Assembly: GCA_963668625.2 (NCBI GenBank) | Contig: CAXXKA010000006.1 | Location: 416,001-480,000 of the forward strand | Direction of reading: 5' to 3' | From: an uncultured candidate division Zixibacteria bacterium | Lineage (GTDB): Bacteria; Zixibacteria; MSB-5A5; UBA10806; 4484-95 | Length of the DNA stretch: 64,000 bases | Shown here: piece by piece, positions 49,686-59,890 of the stretch | Numbering within the stretch: the stretch's first letter is position 1 | How the letters are laid out: every line of letters begins with the position of its first letter | Notes under the pieces: model-generated | Databases searched by the model: none | What the model was told of the DNA's origin: nothing | What the model saw: the letters and a program-made list of their open reading frames with translations, nothing else | Made by a program: the position numbers and the translations under genes

Positions 49686-50562
49686 TGCCGGATGCTTTCG
49701 AGGCGATATAGCTGACCCATTCCTCGCCGAGCAGCTCATCGCGGATTATATATGGTTTCTTCAAAATGAAATCCAGAAAACGCTGTTTATCGAATGTCGG
49801 TATACCAGAATAGATAACCTGTCCACCGGGTTTGAGCGATTTGTCAAGCTCCGTGTACACCTCTATAATCTGGTCGATACTGAGGTTGGCGGCGATGATA
49901 TCCACCGGCTTTTCAGGTATGTATTTGCCTGATTCGATCACCTCAACTTTGACCTTGTTGAGCATTATATTCTCGCGAGCGCATTCGATCGCCTCCGGGT
50001 CGATATCGCAGGCGATGACTTTATCCGCGCCCATCTTGTATGCCGCTATTGCCAGCAAGCCCGAGCCGCAGCCGTAGTCGAGTACGCGTTTTCCCATCAC
50101 GCCCAGTTTCTCAACGCCGGCCATACACTGCGCGGTTGTCTCGTGATGTCCCGTGCCGAACGCCATTTTTGGATCGATTACCACCTCGATCTCGCCGGGT
50201 TGTATATCGTAGCTCTCCCAGGTCGGCCTGACCACCAAGTTCTCGGTGACATGAATCGGCACGAATGTTTTCTTCCAGCCGGCCATCCAGTCCTCGGCCT
50301 CGATGAAATCCAGCGAGATGATATCGTACTGAGCGTCATCGAAATTGCCCCTGATCGACTCGAAAAACTTCTCGATTTCCTCATGAGTAAACAGCTCGTT
50401 TTTATCGGGGCTGAGATACGCGGTCAACACGGTCTGTCCGTTTAGCTGTCCGTCCTCGGCGACTATGCCTCCGGTATTTCGTTCGAGAAGGTAATTCGAG
50501 AATATCTCCATGATATCATTGGAGCAGGAGATCGAGATTTTCTGGTATTTATTTTCAGACAT
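49675..50562 (-). CDS. prmA: Ribosomal protein L11 methyltransferase
   Basis: DW...WK, IDPKMAFGTGHHETT, VLDYGCGSG.LAI. Confidence 0.96.
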   Translation of the reverse strand: MSENKYQKISISCSNDIMEIFSNYLLERNTGGIVAEDGQLNGQTVLTAYLSPDKNELFTHEEIEKFFESIRGNFDDAQYDIISLDFIEAEDWMAGWKKTFVPIHVTENLVVRPTWESYDIQPGEIEVVIDPKMAFGTGHHETTAQCMAGVEKLGVMGKRVLDYGCGSGLLAIAAYKMGADKVIACDIDPEAIECARENIMLNKVKVEVIESGKYIPEKPVDIIAANLSIDQIIEVYTELDKSLKPGGQVIYSGIPTFDKQRFLDFILKKPYIIRDELLGEEWVSYIASKASGSGN

Positions 50563-50577
50563 TACATTTTCCTCGTG

Positions 50578-50643
50578 TGTTATTCCCACGAAAGGGGGAA
50601 TCTGTCAGTAAGTAATGAGATTCCCGTTTTCACGGGAATGACA
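50578..50643. repeat. Inverted REP doublet (ATTCCC-N8-GGGAAT type)
   Basis: tgttattcccacgaaagggggaatct ... agattcccgttttcacgggaatgaca. Confidence 0.75.
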
Positions 50644-50716
50644 TCAATAAAACCCACATACCTCAGGATGGAAGCTATGCGACATCCTGAGGTACCAGCG
50701 CCAACCTCTTGAACAG

Positions 50717-50948
50717 TAGGTCAAGCCCACTCGGGGCTTGACTAACCCGCATAGGAAACATGACGCTTATTGACTATATGATTAAACGGGGGGAAGGTCA
50801 AGGGAGATGTGGGGGGATGAGGGATATCAGAATTGGTATATAAGGCAGTATCTATTGTAATTCGTTTTTATACAATCAATTTTATAACTATTATAAACGC
50901 GCGTTAGTCCCCAATTGGGCTGGCACGCCCCGAGTCAGAGTGACCTAC
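50717..50948. repeat. Inverted pair of GTAG-type REP-like ends flanking ~150 bp
   Basis: gtaggtca..actcggggc..gactaacc at left; reverse complement gttagtcc..gccccgagtc..tgacctac at right. Confidence 0.55.
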
Positions 50949-50957
50949 GAATGGAAA

Positions 50958-52124
50958 TCACACCCCAAGCGTCTCACGCAATTTCTCGAAAAACGATTTA
51001 TCTACTTTTAGCGGACGGTCTTTGCCTAGATGGGCTAGTCGGGCGAATAGCTCTTTCTCCTCCGAGGATAACTTGTTCGGCGTAATCACCAGTACGCGTA
51101 CCAGCTCATCACCGCGGCCGTAGCCATTGAGATGGGGAATACCCTGACCGCGCAGACGGAATATCTTGCCCGATTGAGTACCTGCCGGAATTTTCAACGA
51201 GATATCACCCTCAAGCGAGGGGACTTTTATTTCATCACCTAATGCCGCCTGGCTGAAACTGATCGCCTGTTCGCAGACTATATCATCTCCGTGACGGGTG
51301 AAATGCTCGTGCTCCTGCTCATCCACGATGACCAGGAGATCGCCGGCCGGACCACCTCTGGGGCCGGTATCACCCATATTGCGGACAGGGATATAGTTGC
51401 CGGCGGTAACACCGGGTGGGAATTTCACTTTAACCTGCGATTTGCCTTTCCTGCGGCCGTTTCCGGCGCACTCGATACAGGGCTTCTCGATTATCTGACC
51501 GGTTCCGCTACAATAAGGACAGGGGGAGACTCGGATCATCTGCCCCAGTAGCGAGCGGCTGACCGTACGCTGTTCACCGCTACCCTGGCATCGCGGACAG
51601 GTTTTCTTGGAGGTGCCTGGTTCGGCGCCTGTGCCATCGCAGTTTTCGCAGTTCACCTGACGGGTAACATTTAGCTTTTTCTCGACACCATTTGCTATCT
51701 CCTCGAGAGTCAGGGGGATACTGATGCGAAGGTCGCGGCCGCGCTGCGGTCCAGATCGGCCTCTCGAACGACTGGCGCCGCCGAATATATCATCGAAACC
51801 ATCAAAGCCGAAACCGCCGAAATCGCGCATAAACGCCCTTAAGGCATCGCTTAAATCGAATCCGTAAGAGCCACCCGAGAATCCATTGAAACCGCCGCCC
51901 TGTAGCCCTTGATGGCCATATTGATCGTATAGTTGACGTTTTTGGGAATCCTTTAAAACCTCGTAAGCTTCGGTAGCCTCTTTGAATTTCTCCTCGGCGG
52001 ATTTGTCACCCGGGTTTTTATCAGGGTGAAAAAGCAAGGCTTTCTTGCGATAGGCTTTTTTTATATCATCTTCGCCGGCTTCCCTCGGGACTTCCAGCAC
52101 TTCGTAGTAGTCTCTTTTTTCCAT
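50958..52124 (-). CDS. dnaJ: Chaperone DnaJ
   Basis: J-domain HPDKN, G/F region, four CxxCxGxG repeats. Confidence 0.99.
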   Translation of the reverse strand: MEKRDYYEVLEVPREAGEDDIKKAYRKKALLFHPDKNPGDKSAEEKFKEATEAYEVLKDSQKRQLYDQYGHQGLQGGGFNGFSGGSYGFDLSDALRAFMRDFGGFGFDGFDDIFGGASRSRGRSGPQRGRDLRISIPLTLEEIANGVEKKLNVTRQVNCENCDGTGAEPGTSKKTCPRCQGSGEQRTVSRSLLGQMIRVSPCPYCSGTGQIIEKPCIECAGNGRRKGKSQVKVKFPPGVTAGNYIPVRNMGDTGPRGGPAGDLLVIVDEQEHEHFTRHGDDIVCEQAISFSQAALGDEIKVPSLEGDISLKIPAGTQSGKIFRLRGQGIPHLNGYGRGDELVRVLVITPNKLSSEEKELFARLAHLGKDRPLKVDKSFFEKLRETLGV

Positions 52125-52231
52125 AACACTCAAATAATCGTCAGAATATAAGATAAATCAAGTACCCAGTCAACTCTCTTAATAGACGATTTATAACAAC
52201 GACCAGAATGATTGAATTGTTCGTGGTAATT

Positions 52232-52588
52232 TTACCTGAATCTTATCTGGGTGTCATCGATTTGCTCGAATACTACAAGTTGATCGTAAGCAGTTGAGGG
52301 TATGCGGTCAAGCATACGGTTTTTGGTCACCAGTACGACATGATATTTATTGTTAAACTGGCGACGAAAAGCCATAACCTTCTTTAAACCACCCTGGGGG
52401 GCAAATGAGGTGACAGGCTCTACGACGATAACCTTGTTGTGAAAGCGCTTACCGATAATTATGAAGCTGGGTTCGTACTTAAACGGTTTAGGACCGTCGC
52501 CATCGATAATAAAAGTCTCAGCCTCGGTAGTGAATTCGATTTTTTGCGCTTCAAGCCATTCTTTTGTTTTTTCTACTATTTTACTCAT
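52232..52588 (-). CDS. Hypothetical protein, possible degenerate PD-(D/E)xK nuclease fold
   Basis: WL..KIEF..E..F..YEPSF..VVEPV..K...F pattern. Confidence 0.55.
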   Translation of the reverse strand: MSKIVEKTKEWLEAQKIEFTTEAETFIIDGDGPKPFKYEPSFIIIGKRFHNKVIVVEPVTSFAPQGGLKKVMAFRRQFNNKYHVVLVTKNRMLDRIPSTAYDQLVVFEQIDDTQIRFR

Positions 52589-53049
52589 CTTCCAAAATCA
52601 GTAAGACATCAGCAGTAACACTTCAACACATCACGAAATTTTATCAATGGATAATTCAAGATATCCTTAATCAATCAATTATAGTGTTTTAGTCCGAGGA
52701 TTTCAAGAGGAAAATGTTCTTTCTGGATATTTATTGTACAAATAATAACAGGGCGAGCCGTAACTCGCCCCATTCGCAGGAACATAGGAATTTTTAATCT
52801 CAAGGAATTAGCCCATTGGGCTAATCCCTTTATCTAACCAAATACCACCCGAGAGATGGAAATAAGATATTCTGTGAAAATAATAATAATCAGAATCTAA
52901 ATATAGTCAATACGCCAAAGATACGTACGTAATTCGTAAGTATGCTTACAGTATACAAGTTCTAACTATATTTTATATAATAGATTAGAAGAGATAAAAG
53001 AATAATGAACCTTGTTGGAATGATACTAATAATGTATTAAATAAATAAT

Positions 53050-53076
53050 GCCTGGATGACTTATTGCCATCCAGGC
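53050..53076 (-). terminator. Terminator hairpin
   Basis: GCCTGGATG/CATCCAGGC. Confidence 0.6.
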
Positions 53077-53091
53077 TAACAAATTCTAATA

Positions 53092-54351
53092 CTATTTCAC
53101 CAGCATCATTTTTTTGGTATCACTGAAATTATCCGTTGTTATTTTATAGAGATATACTCCGGATGAAACGTTATCGGCGTTCCATACTACCTGGTACTGG
53201 CCTGCAGGTTGAATGGCATCCCGGAGAGTGCTGACTTTACAGCCGAGTATATCGAATATCTCGATTGTTACATTTGAGGCCTCAGGCAATTCGTACTTGA
53301 TCAGGGTGGAGGCATTGAAAGGATTGGGGTAATTCTCTAAAAGTGCATAAGAGGTCGGGATATTCGAGTTTGGCTCGTTTACATCAGTTTGATATAAAGC
53401 CGGTATTAACTCGATAAATCGGTAAGAACCCTCGGCTTTTACCTCAATGATATTCCCGGTTTCAGGATCCAATTCGGCGACATAGTCACCGTTAGTGGCC
53501 AGTATGTTGCCATTTCCAAGCCTGTATACGCCACGGCCACTATCCCAGGTAAACTGGAAAATAGTTTCATCGAGATTAAATCCTGTAATGACATTCTCAG
53601 AAAACCCGGCATTTAAAAATTGTCCCTCATTGGCTAAGTCAAACTGGACTTGTTCCGGAAAATTAACACTGAAAATTTCATGATCCAACTCGCCATTAGT
53701 ATTGTACATTCTCACATTATCCGATGTACCCTGGATATCGCAAAGTAGTGATCTGCCGTCCTCTAAAAACATGATATCGAAGGGATCGCTACCATCGTTG
53801 ATAAAATCCTCAAGACGGTTATGGGGGCCATCGAACTCGGCCACGTATTCATCACCGCTGGTTACGAATAGATGCCCGTCCCGGAAATCGATTCCCCTGA
53901 TATTATTCAACCCATCATCGCTATTGGCATACGTATCGAGATAGTTTCCTTCGCGATCGAAAATAAAAACCGCGTCGGAGACCTGATCCGATATATAGAT
54001 ATTATCATCAGGGCCGGCCATTGCGCAAACAGGTGTCGAGAACTGCTCGAATGAGGGAATAAAACAACCCAGGTAATCTCCCGAGTAAGGATCGAACATA
54101 TCGATACAGTCATCCGTTGATTCCGGGATCAATAATACGTCTGCGCTATCCGGCAGCGATTCGGCAATCACAGGAATATCTCCCGGAGCGACATTGTTGT
54201 GGATTACGGCTCCCAGTTCGTAACCTAGCTCTTCGTAGCCCTCGGGGTACGAGAGTATACTAGATTGAGCTGCTCCCGAGGCGCCCGCGGTAAATGCAGC
54301 GAGTATAATCGCTATAAATACCAGCGTTAACAATTTGTAGATTTTGTTCAT
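53092..54351 (-). CDS. Secreted NHL/beta-propeller protein with C-terminal sorting domain
   Basis: Signal peptide; GPDDNIYISD..VFIFD..G, GIDF repeats; NYPNPFN tail. Confidence 0.85.
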   Translation of the reverse strand: MNKIYKLLTLVFIAIILAAFTAGASGAAQSSILSYPEGYEELGYELGAVIHNNVAPGDIPVIAESLPDSADVLLIPESTDDCIDMFDPYSGDYLGCFIPSFEQFSTPVCAMAGPDDNIYISDQVSDAVFIFDREGNYLDTYANSDDGLNNIRGIDFRDGHLFVTSGDEYVAEFDGPHNRLEDFINDGSDPFDIMFLEDGRSLLCDIQGTSDNVRMYNTNGELDHEIFSVNFPEQVQFDLANEGQFLNAGFSENVITGFNLDETIFQFTWDSGRGVYRLGNGNILATNGDYVAELDPETGNIIEVKAEGSYRFIELIPALYQTDVNEPNSNIPTSYALLENYPNPFNASTLIKYELPEASNVTIEIFDILGCKVSTLRDAIQPAGQYQVVWNADNVSSGVYLYKITTDNFSDTKKMMLVK

Positions 54352-54497
54352 ACTTACTCCTTTCAGTTAATTGGGATATATGAAATTAAGATAACCGCAT
54401 ATCGAGCCAAACATTTATTGAAATTTCAATTAGAATTCTTATTAAAAGATACTTTATGTTTTAAGATTGTCAAGTATAATTATCAGGAAATAATTCG

Positions 54498-55820
54498 TTA
54501 TTTGACCAGAATCATCCTTCGTGTTCCTTCGAAATCATCAGCTTGCAGTTTATAAAAGTACACACCCGATGATAAATTTTCCGCATTCCAAATGACATTG
54601 TGAACACCGGCCGGCTTTTCTTTTTCCTGAATTGTTGCTATCTTCCGTCCAACTATATCGAATATATCGATTTTGATATCGGAGTGAGAAGGCAGCTCAT
54701 AGCTGATCAGGGTAGAGGAGTTGAATGGATTGGGGTAATTTTGGAATAAGGATATCTTTGAGGGGATTCTGGTGTCATCTCGTATACTTACCGAATCCTG
54801 TTGAATAGTGATGAAGTCGATATACCAGCCGGCGTCAACACCATTACGATCAACCTGTAAAAGAAAACCTAATTTGACCATCCGATCGCTGTAATCGTTA
54901 AGCGGATAGGTGAAGAGCGACCATACCGGGCTATCATCATTGAACGGGCCGCCAATCGTAATCCAGTTCGAATCGGGATGATCGATTTTAACCTGGACAT
55001 AACCATAATCAGGATCGTTATCGGTAAATTTAAACCAGTGATAGAAGGTAAGCCGGGGATTGACTCCGGCAGGTGGAACCGGAAAGGCGGGGCTGGTCAA
55101 CCTCGAGTTAGCATAGTTGGGATATCTTGCGTCCAGTATAGTCCCGGCGCAGTTTTCTCCCTCGTAAGCGGCTCCGGGTCCCGGAGAGCCGGGGATTCCA
55201 ACCTCCCAAATTCCAGCGGAGGCGTACCAATCACCGATACCTGCCTCGAAATTTTCGGTATTGTCGGGAAATGGAGTATCCCATTCGCCTTTTTCTAGTG
55301 TTAAATAATCCATATACCAGCCGGCGTCACCGTTACTGACATCCGATTCGAAATAGAATCCGGGCCTGACTGAAAGTCCCGCATACGGAGTTAAATCGAT
55401 TTCCAACGGGGTCCATATGGGGCTATCGTTTATTATTGCTGAAGAGATATTTATCCATTCATCATTAACCAGTAGCTGAACGTAAACGAAATCGTCATCG
55501 TTATCACGAAACTTGTACCAGTGGAAGAATTTTAACCGGGGATGTTCCTCGGCATTTGGAATCAATATCACCGGTCCCACCAGTCTCGTGTTGGCGTTAT
55601 TAGGATAGGTGGAACTAAGTACGGTACCGGCACAGTTTAGCTCCGAGTAAGCCTCGGTTGGTCCCGGAGAGTTGGGATCTCCGATTTCCCAGATTCCATT
55701 AGTCGCATACCAATCATTCCAGCCGTCCTCCCAATCCTCCAACCAGACTATCTCGGCCCGGCCTGATACGACAAGTAACGAACACACTAATATCCCGATA
55801 AGAATAGCGATCCTTAACAT
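54498..55820 (-). CDS. Secreted protein with two tandem jelly-roll (MAM/cleaved-adhesin-like) domains and C-terminal sorting domain
   Basis: Internal repeat DWYA..GIWE.G.P.SPGP..AY...NCAGT..YPN.AN.RL..GWY.D; CTD. Confidence 0.82.
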   Translation of the reverse strand: MLRIAILIGILVCSLLVVSGRAEIVWLEDWEDGWNDWYATNGIWEIGDPNSPGPTEAYSELNCAGTVLSSTYPNNANTRLVGPVILIPNAEEHPRLKFFHWYKFRDNDDDFVYVQLLVNDEWINISSAIINDSPIWTPLEIDLTPYAGLSVRPGFYFESDVSNGDAGWYMDYLTLEKGEWDTPFPDNTENFEAGIGDWYASAGIWEVGIPGSPGPGAAYEGENCAGTILDARYPNYANSRLTSPAFPVPPAGVNPRLTFYHWFKFTDNDPDYGYVQVKIDHPDSNWITIGGPFNDDSPVWSLFTYPLNDYSDRMVKLGFLLQVDRNGVDAGWYIDFITIQQDSVSIRDDTRIPSKISLFQNYPNPFNSSTLISYELPSHSDIKIDIFDIVGRKIATIQEKEKPAGVHNVIWNAENLSSGVYFYKLQADDFEGTRRMILVK

Positions 55821-56061
55821 TTTCGCCTCCTATGTTAATGGTTCAAATACTCAAAAAATGGACGACATAAATTGCTTTTACCTTTTATTAAATACCGCAT
55901 GATGCTTTTTATTAGTGATTACGCATGAAGTCGGATAGGTGAAAGGAAATTGGTTTAGAATACTTTGTCAATAAAATTCGATAAAGAGGGATAACATATA
56001 TTGATACTTGTTAGAGTAATTGTCAGATTCATGATAAAGTAATTATTGAAATGAAGCAGCC

Positions 56062-56217
56062 CACTACTGTCCGGCCTTTCCATCTCGTTTTCAAGCGCTG
56101 CTTCGCAACGTGGCTTGTTTGCCGGCAGAATACGCATTCTACATGACTCAAGTAAGTTTCCAGGCAGCGCTTGGAAAACAGGCAACTAAGCCTGACATCG
56201 GCAGGACTTGTTATGAT
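56062..56217 (+). mobile_element. One-ended copy of the MITE at 47092
   Basis: Starts CACTACTGTCCGG; ~155 bp similar to reverse complement of 47190-47346. Confidence 0.8.
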
Positions 56218-56222
56218 GGCTA

Positions 56223-57500
56223 TTATTTAATAAGTAATAATCTCTTAGTATCGTTATAATCGTTAGCCTGCAGCTTGTAGAAATACACTCCCGAGGCCAA
56301 CTCATCCGCATTCCAAACCACCTGATGGCTCCCCGCCGGTTGTGTGCCATCCTCCAGCGTGGCGATATGTCGTCCGAGTATATCGTAGATATCGAGCTTG
56401 ACCTCCGATGATACCGACAGCTCGTAGCTAATCTGGGTGGAGGCGTTGAACGGATTGGGGTAGTTCTGGTGAAGTCCTATGACATTAGGTTCAGAAATTA
56501 AATCATCCCCGATACCGTTTTGGTTTATCCTCAATACGTCGAATGAATCGTAAGTAGTAACATATAAGTATTCGCCGTTTTTCTCTAAATCCCCTATATC
56601 ATTCGATAAGCTTATGGAAGATACAACATTTTGTACGGTGGGATTGCTAATATCCAAGCAGTATATTGTTTCATCCAAAGCAAGATACAGGTAATTATCG
56701 TCAATCTCCAGGTAGATGTAAAAATTAAAATTACTATCTTCGATTGTGTATTCAGTCACATAAGACAGATGGGCAGGAAGGGAAACATCAAGAACTAATA
56801 CGCTCGTGCAGTTGGCGAGAAAAGCAATGTCATTAGTGATATCGAATTCGTAAGCAAAGGTATTGTATTCATCAAAAGATCCCACCATAACGTAATAATT
56901 TGGATTGGATATATCGTACACTTTTAGGGTATGTGAAACGCAATTGATGAAAAGATAATCACCATAAACGCGCATATACTGCTTTCGACCTGGAACATTT
57001 AAATCCTGATGGAGAATCGGGGCGGAGGGATCAGAGATATCGAAAATATGCATAGTGGCAATCCCTCCTCCAACAAAAATGTAGTTGCCATAGAATTCCA
57101 TAGAATCCCATAGCCTTATACCGAGTTCGGTTTGGCTTTGCTCCACGGGTTGAATAGGATTAGAGATGTCAATAATACTTAGCAAGCTATGAATAGTCCC
57201 GACTCCAGTGGATATATTTATACAGTACAGATTATCTCCGTATATTTTGATTTTTCTTGCTGAGTACCCCGTAGGATTGGGAATAGTATCAATGATTTCT
57301 GGATTATCAGGATAGGTTACATCAATGACAGAAATCCCGAATCCCGGTTCAATCATATAGACATAGTTATCTTTAGTAGTCAGTAATCTTGGGGCTTGAG
57401 GGAGTTCAATAGAGCTAACCAGTTCAAGGTATTGAGCCGATGTTGGAGACACAAACAGGCTAATAAATACTAATGTGATGATTGTTAATAATTTATTCAT
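56223..57500 (-). CDS. Secreted LVIVD-repeat beta-propeller protein with C-terminal sorting domain
   Basis: Repeated (I/V)(I/F/Y)D(I/V)SNP..P units; CTD DNA nearly identical to downstream array. Confidence 0.87.
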   Translation of the reverse strand: MNKLLTIITLVFISLFVSPTSAQYLELVSSIELPQAPRLLTTKDNYVYMIEPGFGISVIDVTYPDNPEIIDTIPNPTGYSARKIKIYGDNLYCINISTGVGTIHSLLSIIDISNPIQPVEQSQTELGIRLWDSMEFYGNYIFVGGGIATMHIFDISDPSAPILHQDLNVPGRKQYMRVYGDYLFINCVSHTLKVYDISNPNYYVMVGSFDEYNTFAYEFDITNDIAFLANCTSVLVLDVSLPAHLSYVTEYTIEDSNFNFYIYLEIDDNYLYLALDETIYCLDISNPTVQNVVSSISLSNDIGDLEKNGEYLYVTTYDSFDVLRINQNGIGDDLISEPNVIGLHQNYPNPFNASTQISYELSVSSEVKLDIYDILGRHIATLEDGTQPAGSHQVVWNADELASGVYFYKLQANDYNDTKRLLLIK

Positions 57501-57636
57501 TGATTCTCCCGGGTCATAATTAAAACTATCAAATATCTCGTTAGTTAGTTTATGATCTTATATTAAGATCACCTTAAATAATAATATAACATGCCGAATT
57601 GTCAATATAATTATCCATCTTTATTGCGCCATAATA

Positions 57637-59238
57637 TTATTTCACCAACACCATTCTTTTTCGCTCAATATAATCCTTAGCCTGCAGCTTGTAGAAATAC
57701 ACTCCCGAGGCCAACTCATCCGCGTTCCATACCACCTGATGGCTCCCCGCCGGTTGTGTGCCATCCTCCAGCGTAGCGATATGCCGCCCGAGTATATCGT
57801 AGATATCGAGCTTGATCTCGGATGATACCGGCAGCTCGTAGCTAATCAGGGTGGAGGCGTTGAACGGATTGGGGTAGTTTTGATGAAGTTGCACTCTTTC
57901 AGGCAATGCTATCGGATCATCGATATCGCTAATCCATTGATTGAAATACAGCGCTCCCATATCAGCGTGGGTGGAATCGGGATCAAGGGGAGACCAGGGC
58001 GCGCCGGTATCTATGCAAGGGGATTTGGTTTCATCCTCGATTGGGTAGTTAGCCCAGGTGATATGAAAGTCACCGTTATCGGGATCGGCAAACAGCGGGT
58101 TGGCGTCGATGTTGCCCTCGCCCGGCCAGCCGCCTTCAATGCAGGAATAGTAAACATGGGAACTATCGCCGAATAAGTATAGGTTATCTTCACCATACAT
58201 TGATGTATTTTCCAAAAAGATGCAGTTAGCTATAGAGTCAGTTTCTGTTAATAAAACTACGATAGCGCCGCCATTATAATATGCCTGGTTTTTCCAAAAT
58301 GTATTATTAATTAAATCTAACTCACCATCACTTACTGCTAAACCTCCGCCATTTCCCTCATAGGAATAGTTATTGTAAAATATATTGTTTTTAACTAAAG
58401 AATGCGAACGATAGCAAAGTAAACCACCGCCAGCATATCTTGAGCCGTTTGCATCAAATGTATTATTAAGTATATCACCATTACTACACTCAAGTATAAC
58501 TCCTCCTCCGGAAAAATCAGATAGGTTATTACTGATGATATTATCACAGATTAAGACATCAGAAAAACTACATAAAATTGCACCACCCCAGACGCCACCT
58601 AGATAATAAAACACGTCGTTATCATTTATTGAATTAGAGACTATCTCTGCAGTAGAAGTATCACAACAGATACCGCTACCACCAAATCCGGCATAATTGT
58701 TAATTAGTATACATTCTTGAATTGTAATTGTAGCGTTACTCGCATAAATGCCTCCGCCGTAATTCTCAAAAGCTATATTATTACGAATATTGGAATATGT
58801 AATTTTAAAATTCATATCATCTATAAAGATTCCAGCACCGTTCTTTGTGTAATATAGCGAGCAAAATGATTCAAATGGAATAAAACCCCACTCGATTATA
58901 CAATATGCTAATTCACAACTATCACTGGCCGAAAGAAATCGAAGGCCGTGCCATCCCACCAAGGTATCGGCAGTAGTGAATGTGATCGAATCCGTGGCAT
59001 TTCCTATTGCTCTCAGGGTAGCTGATGTATCTACTATAAATGTGTAGTACCCCTGAAAATCAAAATAGCATCCGGCCTGTATTTCAAGCGATTCACCCTG
59101 TGGCACGCGGAGATCACCGACCACCTCATAGGGGCTGTTGGCTGAGGATAATATACCTGAAATATCTCCTGATATCGGAGTAGCAATACTTGTTACACTA
59201 AACGATAATATAGCGATAGCTGTCATAATATATTTCAT
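57637..59238 (-). CDS. Secreted parallel beta-helix (Pmp-like GG.I/N repeats) protein with C-terminal sorting domain, array 2 copy 1
   Basis: Signal MKYIMTAIAIL; SPY.V.GD..VP; GGGI/GGAI..N repeats; GNIDA.PLF..SPCID.G.P..DMGA; CTD. Confidence 0.9.
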   Translation of the reverse strand: MKYIMTAIAILSFSVTSIATPISGDISGILSSANSPYEVVGDLRVPQGESLEIQAGCYFDFQGYYTFIVDTSATLRAIGNATDSITFTTADTLVGWHGLRFLSASDSCELAYCIIEWGFIPFESFCSLYYTKNGAGIFIDDMNFKITYSNIRNNIAFENYGGGIYASNATITIQECILINNYAGFGGSGICCDTSTAEIVSNSINDNDVFYYLGGVWGGAILCSFSDVLICDNIISNNLSDFSGGGVILECSNGDILNNTFDANGSRYAGGGLLCYRSHSLVKNNIFYNNYSYEGNGGGLAVSDGELDLINNTFWKNQAYYNGGAIVVLLTETDSIANCIFLENTSMYGEDNLYLFGDSSHVYYSCIEGGWPGEGNIDANPLFADPDNGDFHITWANYPIEDETKSPCIDTGAPWSPLDPDSTHADMGALYFNQWISDIDDPIALPERVQLHQNYPNPFNASTLISYELPVSSEIKLDIYDILGRHIATLEDGTQPAGSHQVVWNADELASGVYFYKLQAKDYIERKRMVLVK

Positions 59239-59890
59239 CCAATTTCCCTTTCCGCTATTAAGATAATAAACAATCTCCATTTGTCAAATATTAACTCTAT
59301 AAATCTATATAAGCACTAGAATTAACATATTGTAGCTATAATGATTACAAATTTTATAAAAGCTTGTATGGTTTTATTTAATCAGCATGAGTTTTCTGGT
59401 TGCATTGTATTCCTTGGCCTGTAGCTTGTAGAAATACACTCCCGAGGCCAACTCATCCGCATTCCAAACCACCTGATGGCTCCCCGCCGGTTGTGTGCCA
59501 TCCTCCAGCGTGGCGATATGTCGCCCGAGTATATCGTAGATATCGAGCTTGACCTGTGAGGCTATCGGCAGCTCGTAGGAAATCAGGGTGGAGGCGTTGA
59601 ATGGGTTGGGGTAGTTTTGATGAAGCCGTACTCTTTCGGGTAACGCGATCGGGTCATCGATATCGCTAATCCATTGATTGAAATACAGCGCTCCCATATC
59701 GGCGTGGGTGGAATCGGGATCGAGGGGAGAGAAGGGCGCGCCGGTATCTATGCAGGGGGATTTGGTTTCATCCTCGGATGGATAGTTATCCCAGGTGATA
59801 TGAAAGTCACCGTTATCGGGATCGGCAAACAGCGGATCGGTATCGATGTTGCCCTCGCCCGGCCAGCCATTTTGGATACAGGAATATTCT
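59050..59890. repeat. Direct repeat (gene 5' end, promoter, intergenic region and next gene 3' end), matching ~60790-61630
   Basis: Intergenic ctataaatctatataagcactagaattaacatattgtagctataatgattacaaattt duplicated at an offset of ~1743 bp. Confidence 0.9.

Noticed and set aside
55955-56185. Short ORFs at 55955-56185, 40508-40690 and 15017-15217
   Set aside because: They are translations of repeat/MITE DNA without SD or protein-like features.
40541-56217. CRISPR array or tRNA/ncRNA interpretation of the three-copy palindromic repeat
   Set aside because: Copies are dispersed, not regularly spaced, and show no cloverleaf; TIR plus TSD at 47092 indicate a MITE.
59239-59280. N-terminal extensions (MEIVYYLNS.., MEFIYYLNS..) of the beta-helix genes in the ORF track
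   Set aside because: They overlap the TTGACA promoter and SD; the true starts are MKYIM at 59238, 60981 and 62727.
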